From assembly GCF_002994635.1 (NCBI RefSeq), contig NZ_PVNL01000139.1, forward strand, positions 18,055-82,054: a stretch of DNA of 64,000 bases, written 5' to 3'. Made by a program: the position numbers and the translations under genes. The first letter of the stretch is position 1. Every line of letters starts with the position of its first letter. Source of the DNA: Enhygromyxa salina. GTDB lineage: Bacteria; Myxococcota_A; Polyangia; Nannocystales; Nannocystaceae. The notes below the pieces were generated by a model. That model was not told where the DNA came from. It saw only the letters and a program-made list of their open reading frames with translations, and did no database searches. Positions 49,997 through 59,154 of this stretch are shown in pieces.

Positions 49997-51353
49997 TCCG
50001 CAGCAGGCCATGCTCGACCATGACCCGCAGCAACGGCTCGACATCGGTCCAGGCGAAGCGCTCGTCTGCGTCGGTCCACGCGAGGGCGTCGGCGGCGACG
50101 AAGCGCTCGCGGGCGAGCAGCTCGCGGACCAGAGGTAGGGCCGCGACGGGCAGCGACAGCGACTTGGCCCCGGCGTGGAGCTCGATCGTGGGCGCGCGCT
50201 CGCGAGCCGGGCGCAGTCGGATCGGACAGCGACGATCAACCTCGAGCAGCTCGTCGCGCATGAGCTCGGGCACGGCGCCACGCGGTTGCGGCGGTTGGGG
50301 TGACGCGCAGGTCGAGGCCGACCACAGCTGCGTCAGCGTGTCCTCGTGGCGGTCCGGATCGGCGAGCAGCTCGGCGAGCGCCCCGAGTCGCCCGCGCATG
50401 TAGGCCCACAGCTCGTCGGTGGTCGTCACCCCTGCCCCCGCGGGCACCAACGGCGGCGGCCGACGCCACTCGAGCTCGCTACGCAGCTCACGCTCGAGCC
50501 ACACGTGCAGGAGATCGAGCACGCTGCGATCCTCGAGGAACAGGTTGAGCGCCAGCGAGTATCCGTGCGCCTCCGCGCGGTGCCAGGTCCCGGGCGGGAG
50601 GCACAGGAGGTCCCCAGGCTCGAGCGTGACCGACACGAACGCGCGCTCGTCGGGCGCCGCGGGTTGCTCCCACGCCTCCGGGGTCCGGCCGTGAGCGCGG
50701 CGCAACACCCGGACGCCGTCGCCGTCGATGTTGCAGTTGGCCCGCGGGTGCTCGACCGCCGGCGCTCGCCCGTACCGCCAGGTCTTGCTGCCCTCGAGCT
50801 GGATCGAGATCGCCGCGCGGGCGTCGAAGTGAGTCCCGAACCCGCAGCCATCGTGCGACAGGTAGCAGTTGACGCCGACGACCCCGGTGTAGCCGAGCTG
50901 CGCCCGGGTCACCCGCGCGAGCTCGGCCAGCTGGGCGTCGCGTCGCTCGACCCGGCTGACGCAGATCGTGGCGCCCGCGTCGAGGATCGGACCAATCGCC
51001 TCGTGGTTGACGCGAACCATCGGGATCGAGCGAGGCTCGGCGGCGCGATCGAAGCTCGCCTCGATCAGCAGCCCTTCGTCGGCGGCCGCGGCCTCGCGAT
51101 CGGCGAGCAGCGCGGCGCGCAAGTCCTCGAGCGAGAACAACCCCTCGACCTTGGCCGCCGCGCCGGGGATGTGTAGCGGCGCCCGGCCAAAGGCGCGGGC
51201 GAAGTCCTCGAGGCCGACGGGCTCGATCAACCGCGCGAACGCGTCCGGTCCGATCTCGCGGCGCATCGTCGAACGCGGCGCCGGGGTCGACGCGCCGCGC
51301 TCGCTGGCGAGCGCAGCGAACAGGGCCGAGAAGTCGATCGCTCGCGTGCGCAT
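49980..51353 (-). CDS. JmjC/cupin_4 family Fe(II)/2OG oxygenase-like protein
   Basis: Starts MRTRAIDFS (TGATG overlap with the upstream stop). Facial triad context GFGTHFDARAAISIQLEGSKTWRY ... PPGTWHRAEA. Confidence 0.7.
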   Translation of the reverse strand: MRTRAIDFSALFAALASERGASTPAPRSTMRREIGPDAFARLIEPVGLEDFARAFGRAPLHIPGAAAKVEGLFSLEDLRAALLADREAAAADEGLLIEASFDRAAEPRSIPMVRVNHEAIGPILDAGATICVSRVERRDAQLAELARVTRAQLGYTGVVGVNCYLSHDGCGFGTHFDARAAISIQLEGSKTWRYGRAPAVEHPRANCNIDGDGVRVLRRAHGRTPEAWEQPAAPDERAFVSVTLEPGDLLCLPPGTWHRAEAHGYSLALNLFLEDRSVLDLLHVWLERELRSELEWRRPPPLVPAGAGVTTTDELWAYMRGRLGALAELLADPDRHEDTLTQLWSASTCASPQPPQPRGAVPELMRDELLEVDRRCPIRLRPARERAPTIELHAGAKSLSLPVAALPLVRELLARERFVAADALAWTDADERFAWTDVEPLLRVMVEHGLLRITRQG

Positions 51354-52075
51354 CAGTCGACCGCCGCGAGCGGATCGGGGTTGGGGTGCTCGAGCCAGCC
51401 CCGCTCGGGCCGTGACCAGCCCCGCTCGGCGCCGCCGAGGGGCTTCGCCGCCAGCGCTGGCGTGGTGAACAGGCCCGTCCACGAGATGCGTTCGGCGCCG
51501 CTGCGGTTGGGCATCACGCAGTGCTCGACCCACGAGGGAAACAGCGCGAGGTCTCCGGCGGCCGGCTGGAGCTCAAACCACCTGGGCACGCTAAACGGCT
51601 CGAGGTCGAGCACGCACTCGCGCTCGACCCGGGTCAGGTAGGCGTCGGGGTTCTCGACCCGAAACCCGCCCGAACCCGGAGGCGCCTGAGCGTAGTAGGT
51701 CCCGCTGAAGGTCGAGCCCCCGTGGCCCCAGTGCTCGTGGGTGTGCGTCGCGCAGCCGGGCCCGCTGATGTTGACCCACAGCCCCACGTGCTCCCACGGG
51801 TGCGCCTGTGCTCGCCACCCGACTCGCGCCCACAGCGCTTCGATCGCGAGGTCGAACGCCGAGCGGAGGTCGGCGTAGTCCGGGGCGCGGTGCAGCTCGT
51901 CCTGGCTGTGCCAGGTGCTCTCGCCCTGGTAGTTGCGCCCTCGCGGATCGGCCCGACGTTCGGCCTCGGCCTGGGCCACGAGCGCCGCCGTGAGCGGCTC
52001 GTGCCCGTGCATGCGGACCAAGAAGCAGGGGATGCCGAAGGTGTCGAGTTCGATCAGCTCGGGGCGCAGGGACAT
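51353..52075 (-). CDS. putative 2OG-Fe(II) oxygenase-like protein (TIGR02466/PF13759-like)
   Basis: Starts MSLRPELIELD. Motif HTHEHWGHGGSTFSGTYYAQ resembles the HxH...SGVYY of that family. Confidence 0.4.
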   Translation of the reverse strand: MSLRPELIELDTFGIPCFLVRMHGHEPLTAALVAQAEAERRADPRGRNYQGESTWHSQDELHRAPDYADLRSAFDLAIEALWARVGWRAQAHPWEHVGLWVNISGPGCATHTHEHWGHGGSTFSGTYYAQAPPGSGGFRVENPDAYLTRVERECVLDLEPFSVPRWFELQPAAGDLALFPSWVEHCVMPNRSGAERISWTGLFTTPALAAKPLGGAERGWSRPERGWLEHPNPDPLAAVD

Positions 52076-52080
52076 GACGT

Positions 52081-53334
52081 TCACCGGCTTGCAGACGACG
52101 GGGACGCGACGACCTCGAGGATCTCGGCGGTCCACAGCACGCGCAAGATCGCACACAGCTCGCTGTCGCTGCGATCCAAGAAGCGCGCTCGCAGCTGCGC
52201 GAGGTCGAAGGCCGAGGCGCGCGCGCCGATCCAAGCGAGGACCTCGCGCGGGGCCGAGGACGAGGCGCGGATCGACAGCAGCACCGCGTCCTGCTCGTAG
52301 ACGACGAGCGTCACCCCGTCCCCGTCGTCGCGCCACTCGAAGCGAACGCCCGGGCGGAGCTCGAAGGCCGCGACGTCGGCGAGCAGCCCGGCGTCGCGGC
52401 CGAGCCCGCCGAGTAGGAGATCGATCGGCCGCAGCCCGGCGAGCTCGGCCTCGAGCGAGCGACGGTGGGCCGCGAGCTCGGCGAGCAGCGTCGCGCTGGT
52501 CAGTGACCCGGTCTCAATCGGTGCGCGCAGCTGCGGCTGCTCGAGCGACACGCGCTCGACGATCGCGCGCAGCAGCCCGCCCCAGGTCGGCGCCTCGAGC
52601 ATGATGTCGAGGTGGACCGAGTCGCTCAGCGGCGTCGTCGTGTGCCAGTAGCCCCGCGGCAAGAACAGGACCGATCCGGGCTCGAGCACCACGCTGTCGA
52701 GCGCCTCTGGCTCCCGCGCGTGGTCGAACAGCAAGACCTGCTCGAGGCTCGGGCTGGCGCCACCGAAGTGGTTGAAGGGCGGGTTCGGCACACAGGTGTT
52801 GGGCGCGTACTGCCAGCGCTTGCGGCCCGCGAGCTGCACGACCAGGCCCTCGCTGTTGTCCCAGTGCAGCGGCGGGGTGTGGGGCGAGCCCTCGCGGACC
52901 GCGAACAGGTTGCACGCGACCCGGGTCCGGGCGATCCCAAGCTCGTCGGCGAGGCGGCGGAGCGTCGTGGTCAGGCGCGGGAACCCGACGACCTTTTCGA
53001 GGTAGAGCTGCATCCCGGCCTGATACAGGGACAGCGCGCCGCTGACCTGGCGCTCGCTCAGCCGCCGCCCGCCGCCAACGCGCTCGGGGGTGAACGTGAC
53101 CTCGTCGCGGCCGAGCTGCAGGCGCGCGAGCTCGGCCTCGCCTGTGGTCAGCGCCGCGCTCGGGTCGACGAGCTGCTCGAGCTCGAACAGCGCGGCCCAG
53201 TCCGCGAGCGCGCCTTCGGCCACGAACGGACGGCCCGGCCAGTGCTCGCGCACGAAGCTCTCGCTGCGCGTGGGCGAGCCCAGCAGGGCCCCGAGGATCG
53301 ATGGCGGATCGAGCGCTTCGGCCATGGCGAGCAC
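52081..53334 (-). CDS. JmjC/cupin_4 family oxygenase-like protein
   Basis: PPLHWDNSEGLVVQLAGRKRWQY ... LPRGYWHTTT. Confidence 0.7.
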   Translation of the reverse strand: MLAMAEALDPPSILGALLGSPTRSESFVREHWPGRPFVAEGALADWAALFELEQLVDPSAALTTGEAELARLQLGRDEVTFTPERVGGGRRLSERQVSGALSLYQAGMQLYLEKVVGFPRLTTTLRRLADELGIARTRVACNLFAVREGSPHTPPLHWDNSEGLVVQLAGRKRWQYAPNTCVPNPPFNHFGGASPSLEQVLLFDHAREPEALDSVVLEPGSVLFLPRGYWHTTTPLSDSVHLDIMLEAPTWGGLLRAIVERVSLEQPQLRAPIETGSLTSATLLAELAAHRRSLEAELAGLRPIDLLLGGLGRDAGLLADVAAFELRPGVRFEWRDDGDGVTLVVYEQDAVLLSIRASSSAPREVLAWIGARASAFDLAQLRARFLDRSDSELCAILRVLWTAEILEVVASPSSASR

Positions 53335-53337
53335 CGG

Positions 53338-55650
53338 TCAGGGGGGCATCCGCCCGAGGCGGAGATCAGCGATTGTGAACGGTTCGCCGGCGCGACCGAG
53401 GCGCGCGCGGTAGTCGAGCACCCGATCCGGGACGTGGACTGGATGCGGGAGCGCGTCGAACATGCCCGTGACGACGACGCTGACCACGTGGACGCCGAGC
53501 TCCGGCGGCACCGGATAGGCGAACGCGCAGGCCTGCGTGCGCGGGCTGGCGGCGAGGATCCGCTGGACCACGACGTCGATGCAGCGGTCGATCGTGTCCC
53601 CGGGCGCGGCCGCGTCGGGCAGCGAGCTGGGGAGCTCGGCGAGCCTGCATGACCCCTCGATCCGCCCCCAGACCCGCGCGCGGTGCTCGTAGCTGTTGAG
53701 CACGCTCCCGCGGCTGCGGAGCGGGTCGCCGCGGTCGACGATCGCGTCGTAGCACAGGCCCTGGAACGCCTCGGTCAAGGCGCGACGCAGGGCGAGCACC
53801 GGCGAGAGGTGACAGCCGAGCCCGGTCGCCCAGTAGTTCACGTGGTCGTCGCGCGCACGCACGGCGGCCTCGACCACAGGGACACCGATGTCGTTGGTCA
53901 GGTCGCGCAGCTGGATCTCGTAGCCAGCCGCGTCGAGGGCCTCGATCACGGCGCGCGCGTGGACGTCGTCGACGCTGTCGAGCTCGACGGCGGCGAAGCC
54001 CAGCCCGGTCGCCGCCGCGGCGAAGCTCGCGTCGTGCTCGACGACCTCGAGCAACCCCTCGAGCACGGCCTCGTTCCAGGCGGTGCCGGCGGCGATGCCC
54101 GACGAACCACGCTCGGGCAGCACGAATTCGCTGCCGGCGAAGTCCGCACGCGCGAGCCCGTGGGCGCTGGCGGCGGGCAGCCAGAGCGGCCGGCGAGCAG
54201 CGAGGTCCGCGAGGTCGACGGCCTCGACCCAGTCGAGCATCGCGTCGGCCGGCCGGGGCACGCGGCCGCGCGGCTGGACCTGCGGCACCTGACCCGCGCA
54301 AAAAAAGTCGAGATCGAGGGTCGGAACGCCAAGCGCGTCAGCGGGCCCGCGGATGAGATCGAGGGGACCCACGCGACGGGCGAAGGTCTCCTCGAACCAC
54401 TCGTAGACCGCCGAGCACCACGCCTGGGCGGCGCTCAGGCCCTTGCCGAGCCCGCGCGCCTCATCGCCCGAGCACAGCCTGGGGTCACGGCGAAAGGGCA
54501 GCGTCGCGGAGACCTTCACGAACTCGATCTCCGCGAGCGCCGGGTGGCGGGCGATCAAGTCCGCCGGCCCGCGGGCGTGACGAATGTCGAGCTCGGCTCC
54601 GAGCTTGGCCAGCGCGCGCTCGCCGAGCGCTCGCGCGACGCTCGGCGGGACGCTGCGCAGGCCCGTGAGGACATCGACGACCTCTATCGAGCGCGAGCCT
54701 CCGTCGCGCTCGGGCTCGCTGGTGGTCGCCGTGGTCGAGCCTGCGATCGTCGAGATCGTGCGGACGAGCCCGCGACAGTGGGGGCAGCGGGTCATCGGTC
54801 CGATCGGTTGCCGACGCACGCGCCCGCCCCGGTCGACGACCGTCAGCGCCGTCGCGGGCTCCGGCGCGCGGTCGTCTGCGTAGGCGTCGAGGGCCGCCGC
54901 GATCGCGCCGACGAGGGTCAGGCGCTGGGCGAGCGCCCCCTCGACGGCCCCATCGACGGGCCAGACCGGGAGCGTGAGCTGGTCGAGCACGCCCACGGCC
55001 TCATGTGGTCGCTCGGGGAAGTAGTAGCGAGCCAGCCCGCACATCAGGCAGGGGGTGCGCGCGGGGATCATCAGCGGGCCGAGCACGACCTCGTCACCGG
55101 TACAGCTGACGAACAGCGCCTCGCGATCGGCAGCCAGCAGCGCGTCGGTCAGCGCGAGGGCGTCGCGCAGCGGACAACCGTCGAGGACCACCAGGCTCAG
55201 CTCCGGGCAATCTCCAGCGCGAACGGGCAACGCGAACTCCGTGGTCTCGCGCACGAGCCTGAGGTGGGCGCCGAGGTCCGCGAACAGCTCCGCGCCGAGC
55301 CGGCCCGAGCGGACCCCCGCGACCCGCAGCGATCCCAGCCCCGGCGAGCTCCTTGGCCGCTCGTTCGCGAGCCGGTCGACTAGCCGGTCGAGCACCACCT
55401 CGACGTCGCCCCGCTCGTAGCGGTGGGCCAGCGCCTCGACGGCGGCGTCTCGCGAGCCCGCGCTGTTCAGCGCGGCGAGCAGCTCGATGACGACCTCGGC
55501 GGGCATCCCCTCGATCTGGTGGAGGCGGCCGCCAGCGTGGAGCAGCACGCGACCAGCGTCGTCGGCCAGGACTTCGGCGAACTCGGGCGCGAGCGTCTGC
55601 AACGGCGCGCTCACCCGTCCCCCGATCGCGGCGCCGACAGGATCGGCCAC
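53338..55650 (-). CDS. fused cyclodehydratase: N-terminal E1/ThiF-like domain with CxxC pairs, plus C-terminal YcaO domain
   Basis: YcaO signature SSGIAAGTAWNEAVLEGLLEVVEHDA (compare SNGLAAGNTLEEAILQGLLELVERDA). N-terminal CLMCGLARYYF and CPHCRG zinc-ribbon-like pairs. 770 aa. Confidence 0.8.
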   Translation of the reverse strand: MADPVGAAIGGRVSAPLQTLAPEFAEVLADDAGRVLLHAGGRLHQIEGMPAEVVIELLAALNSAGSRDAAVEALAHRYERGDVEVVLDRLVDRLANERPRSSPGLGSLRVAGVRSGRLGAELFADLGAHLRLVRETTEFALPVRAGDCPELSLVVLDGCPLRDALALTDALLAADREALFVSCTGDEVVLGPLMIPARTPCLMCGLARYYFPERPHEAVGVLDQLTLPVWPVDGAVEGALAQRLTLVGAIAAALDAYADDRAPEPATALTVVDRGGRVRRQPIGPMTRCPHCRGLVRTISTIAGSTTATTSEPERDGGSRSIEVVDVLTGLRSVPPSVARALGERALAKLGAELDIRHARGPADLIARHPALAEIEFVKVSATLPFRRDPRLCSGDEARGLGKGLSAAQAWCSAVYEWFEETFARRVGPLDLIRGPADALGVPTLDLDFFCAGQVPQVQPRGRVPRPADAMLDWVEAVDLADLAARRPLWLPAASAHGLARADFAGSEFVLPERGSSGIAAGTAWNEAVLEGLLEVVEHDASFAAAATGLGFAAVELDSVDDVHARAVIEALDAAGYEIQLRDLTNDIGVPVVEAAVRARDDHVNYWATGLGCHLSPVLALRRALTEAFQGLCYDAIVDRGDPLRSRGSVLNSYEHRARVWGRIEGSCRLAELPSSLPDAAAPGDTIDRCIDVVVQRILAASPRTQACAFAYPVPPELGVHVVSVVVTGMFDALPHPVHVPDRVLDYRARLGRAGEPFTIADLRLGRMPP

Positions 55651-56759
55651 GGCGGCTCGGGCGTCGCCGCCGGATCCAGCCCACCGAGGCCGAACTCACC
55701 GACGATCGGCTCGCTGAGCGGATCGACGCCGGTGAGCCCGGCGAGCAGCTCGGTCTCAAACCCACCGCCGTAGGCACACGGGGCCAGGCCCAGCGCCGTC
55801 GCTACCAGATAGAAATACGCGTAGAGGCAGCCGACATCCTTGAGCTGGCTGACGTAGGCGATGTGATCGTACTTGTAGGCGACCCGCGCGATCCGGCTGG
55901 TCACGAGCAACACGATCAGCGGCAGCTTGGCGCCGCCCTTTGCGGCCGAGACCGAGGCACCGCGCTCGACGAGCTCGGCGATCAGCGAGGCCTCGGCCCG
56001 GAGGGGCTCGAGCGCGTGGCGCTGGGGGCAGTAGTGATAGACGTCGGGCGCGAGCCCCTCGACCGCGGCCGGTGACACGACCGGATAGATCTCGTGAGCG
56101 TAGAGCCCGCCCGCCGAGGGGTAGAGGCGGTGCTGGAGGACGCGACCGTCGTCGAGCTCGCGCGCGTCCCAGCTGCGCGCCGTCCAGTGAAAGAACTCGC
56201 CGAGCTGGTCCAGGCTGATGGTCGCGGTCGGCGGACTGAACGACCGGCGGCGCACCAGCACCTGCCAAAAATCGACGGCCGCGGGCTCGGGCTCCGGGAG
56301 CGCGATCGCCGTCGCGCTCATCGGTGGCTTGGCGTGCGGCTCGGAGCGCGTCAGGCCCTCGAAGCGATAGCGCGCGAGGGTCTGGGGCCGACACTCGCGA
56401 CTGTGTCGCTGCAGCGCGAGCTCGGGCGCGGCCCAGTAGCTCGACGGATCGAGGGCGCCGTCGACATCGGGCGGCCGTGACTCCTGCTCGGGTCGGACCA
56501 GGATCCCCGCCGCCTTCAGCGTCCGACAGGCCGCGATCACGTCGACCCCGAGCTCACGCGCGCCGCCGCTCGCCTCGACCTGTGCGGGGCTCGTGGGCAC
56601 GCGAAACCAATGCAGCACTTGCACGAGCGCGGCGTCGTCACAGACCAGCGCCTTGCCCGTGCGAAGGTTGCGGACGACCAGCTCACCCACCTCCCATGTC
56701 ACCGTGGTGAAGCGAGAGATCCGCAGCGGCTCGGTCGGATCAAGTTCCATCTCGCTCAT
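55611..56759 (-). CDS. SagB/McbC-type FMN-dependent dehydrogenase (nitroreductase fold)
   Basis: Starts MSEMELDPTEPL in an ATGA overlap with the upstream stop. YPSAGGLYAHEIYPVV matches the SagB-type dehydrogenase signature. Confidence 0.65.
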   Translation of the reverse strand: MSEMELDPTEPLRISRFTTVTWEVGELVVRNLRTGKALVCDDAALVQVLHWFRVPTSPAQVEASGGARELGVDVIAACRTLKAAGILVRPEQESRPPDVDGALDPSSYWAAPELALQRHSRECRPQTLARYRFEGLTRSEPHAKPPMSATAIALPEPEPAAVDFWQVLVRRRSFSPPTATISLDQLGEFFHWTARSWDARELDDGRVLQHRLYPSAGGLYAHEIYPVVSPAAVEGLAPDVYHYCPQRHALEPLRAEASLIAELVERGASVSAAKGGAKLPLIVLLVTSRIARVAYKYDHIAYVSQLKDVGCLYAYFYLVATALGLAPCAYGGGFETELLAGLTGVDPLSEPIVGEFGLGGLDPAATPEPPWPILSAPRSGDG

Positions 56760-57598
56760 TCGGGCAGCCCGAGCTCGGCGGCCTTGGGGTAGACCTCGCG
56801 CCGATAGCTGGGTTTGTTGGCGAACGCGAAGGGGACCGACATGAAGGTGCCGAGCGACAGGCGCAGTTGCTCTCGACGGCTCGGCGCTGGCACCACCGCG
56901 CGACTGATCGCCGAGTGGAACTGCCAGCCGGGGTACACGACCGTCCGATTGCAGCGTTGGCGCACGAGAGCCAGCCGCTCCCACGCGTCGGCAGCAACCT
57001 CGCCGCCGACCCGCTGCCGCCAGATCTCCGCCTGCAGCTGCTGAAGGTCGGGTCGCGGCAAGGCCTCGATCGCGGCCGGCAGCTGCGCGAGGAACTCCAA
57101 CCCGAGCAGCTCCTGCAACCACAGCAGCTCGACCGGATCCTTGTCGCTCATCCAGCAGGTGAGCCCGGTCGCTCGGTGGCGCCAAAACGCTGTGCCCTCG
57201 TCATCGTGGTCGGTGTCTGACAGGTAGGTGACCGCCGCCAACCACACGTCGTGATCCGCGTGCTGATCAATCAGATCTGAAGGACGCTCGCGCAGCCCGA
57301 GCGCCGACGCGTAGAAGTCCGCAGCGATCACGTCGAGGTCGATCGCCTTCGGGTAGCCCTCGGGCCACAGCTGGTCGAGGATCACCCGCGCGAGCAGCTC
57401 GACGAACGCCCGCCCCCCTATCGGAGACACGCGCGCGCGCAACCCGGGGTAGCCCGAGTCCGGGATCGCGTAGCCCTGCTCGAGCGCGGCCTCGCGGACC
57501 TGCTCGATATCGACGAAGGTGTCGTCGATGACGGCGATCACGGACCCCGCTAGGCGGAGGACTTCGACGCGACGCTGAGAATTAAGCTCGAGCCTCAT
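56756..57598 (-). CDS. hypothetical protein in RiPP-like operon (ATG at 57598 proposed; the ORF track begins at a TTG at 57610)
   Basis: Translationally coupled to the SagB-like gene. Its start codon lies in the 3' arm of a 12-bp hairpin. Confidence 0.4.
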   Translation of the reverse strand: MRLELNSQRRVEVLRLAGSVIAVIDDTFVDIEQVREAALEQGYAIPDSGYPGLRARVSPIGGRAFVELLARVILDQLWPEGYPKAIDLDVIAADFYASALGLRERPSDLIDQHADHDVWLAAVTYLSDTDHDDEGTAFWRHRATGLTCWMSDKDPVELLWLQELLGLEFLAQLPAAIEALPRPDLQQLQAEIWRQRVGGEVAADAWERLALVRQRCNRTVVYPGWQFHSAISRAVVPAPSRREQLRLSLGTFMSVPFAFANKPSYRREVYPKAAELGLPE

Positions 57599-57628
57599 CC
57601 GAATACCCAATGGATTGGATGAGGCTCG
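57589..57628 (-). promoter_or_regulatory. perfect 12-bp stem hairpin between the precursor and downstream genes, sequestering the downstream ATG
   Basis: cgagcctcatcc-(16 nt)-ggatgaggctcg. The ATG of the next gene is inside the stem. Confidence 0.35.
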
Positions 57629-57718
57629 TCAGCCTAGGCCGAGCACCAGCGCGAGAGCCCGTGGGAGCACCCATTCGGCTCATTTGGTTCCCCGGCGGCG
57701 CAGCCCTCGGCAAATTGC

Positions 57719-57874
57719 CTAGCGGTCGACGCCCACGGAGCCGTGGTTGCCGGAGCGCGACCAGCCGGCCTCGACCTTGCCGCCCTTGATCTTCTCCGTG
57801 GTCTCGCGATCGAGCTCGCGGATCTCGAGGTCTTTGATGTTCAGCTTGCGTTTGGGCTTGTTCTCGTCTGTCAT
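57719..57874 (-). CDS. candidate RiPP precursor peptide (51 aa): Lys-rich leader, GG motif, short Gly/Ser-rich core
   Basis: MTDENKPKRKLNIKDLEIRELDRETTEKIKGGKVEAGWSRSGNHGSVGVDR. AGAGGGAAC ribosome-binding site 7 nt upstream. AT-rich codon use against the GC-rich background. Located between the YcaO/SagB/JmjC genes. Confidence 0.6.
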   Translation of the reverse strand: MTDENKPKRKLNIKDLEIRELDRETTEKIKGGKVEAGWSRSGNHGSVGVDR

Positions 57875-57969
57875 TTTCGTTCCCTCTATTCTCGTGCTGC
57901 TATCTGGGCAACTTCGACCTCCGCAGGCTACTCGACCGCCAAACTTGCGCGCAAGGGTTTTCGCTCGCC

Positions 57970-59154
57970 TCAGGCCTCGCCTCGGACCCGCTGGAGAACC
58001 CCAGCCGCGGACAGGGCCGCGAACAAGTCCTCGAGCCAGGGCCAGAGCGAATCGGGGCAGTCCCAGAGCAGCGCACCGACCGGGGCCGGGCCTGACGACT
58101 GGGTCTGTGTCAGGCGCTCGAGCAAGCGATCGAACCACGGCAACTCCTCAATGGAGGCACCGATTGAATAGCTCATATGATCGCCGCAACTACGGATGTG
58201 GAAACGACCATCCGAGTCTACGCTCAATGTTACGTCTTCGTGAAGTGCCCACGACCCCGCCAACGTGTCGGGGAACGGCCCATATACCAGTTGGTCCACC
58301 GAGAGACAAGTGATCAGTTGTGTGATCGTTGGGCCGAGGGCGCGGAGATCGGCGAGCGAAGCGTGCGCAAGGTTCGCAAAGGACAGCTCTCGCAATCGCG
58401 GGTCGCGAACGATCTCCCACTCGATCAGCGACGAGAGCCGGGCGGCCAAGCTCGCCGGGCTGATCACGAACACGAGCGCGAGGCTGCGCGCCGAGCTGAC
58501 CTGCGTGGTGTGCCACAGGCCGCGCGGGAGCCACAGGGACTGGCCAGCGGCTACGGTCTCGACGGCGTCAAACGGACCGAGCGTGGGGCTCGGCTCGACC
58601 TGGGGATCCCGCGCGGTCCCGTCGGGTCGCCGCGCGAACCGCTGCCAGACAGGGTCGCGCCACTCGATCACGTTGGTGTTCGTCGGCGGGTGGATCTGCC
58701 AGCGCTTCTCGCCGTGCAGCTGCACGTTGAGACCGCAGTCGCGATCAAAGTGTAGATGTGCCCCGGAGCCTCGCGCACCCGCGAAGATCTCGACTCGCGA
58801 CGCCGAGGGCATGAAGTCCCCAACGGCCTCGCGGACGCGGTTGAGATAGCGCCCGAGCGCGGGAATGACTCGATGACATTCGTGGAAATACAGCGTCGCG
58901 CCAGCGCGGTGGGCGGCGAGGGCGGCCCGCGGCTCGAGCTTTTGTGCGCCCCGCATCCGCTGGCCGTCGGTGTGCCACACGGACACGCGCGCAGCGGGAG
59001 CTTGGCGCTCGAACAACGCACACACGGCCTCGACGTCGGGCAGCAGCACGACGAGCTCGGCGAACATGGGGTCGTCGTGGCAGTCGGCGCGGACGACCTG
59101 TGTCGGCCAGTCCGGGGCGGCGGGATCGACCCCGAACACGGCGCGAGTGCTCAT
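57970..59154 (-). CDS. JmjC/cupin_4 family oxygenase-like protein
   Basis: Starts MSTRAVFG (ATGA overlap). AHLHFDRDCGLNVQLHGEKRWQI ... LPRGLWHTTQ. Confidence 0.7.
   Translation of the reverse strand: MSTRAVFGVDPAAPDWPTQVVRADCHDDPMFAELVVLLPDVEAVCALFERQAPAARVSVWHTDGQRMRGAQKLEPRAALAAHRAGATLYFHECHRVIPALGRYLNRVREAVGDFMPSASRVEIFAGARGSGAHLHFDRDCGLNVQLHGEKRWQIHPPTNTNVIEWRDPVWQRFARRPDGTARDPQVEPSPTLGPFDAVETVAAGQSLWLPRGLWHTTQVSSARSLALVFVISPASLAARLSSLIEWEIVRDPRLRELSFANLAHASLADLRALGPTITQLITCLSVDQLVYGPFPDTLAGSWALHEDVTLSVDSDGRFHIRSCGDHMSYSIGASIEELPWFDRLLERLTQTQSSGPAPVGALLWDCPDSLWPWLEDLFAALSAAGVLQRVRGEA

Noticed and set aside
55094-55777. 227-aa minus ORF and several 55423..56710 plus ORFs
   Set aside because: Alternate frames or antisense of the YcaO/SagB genes.
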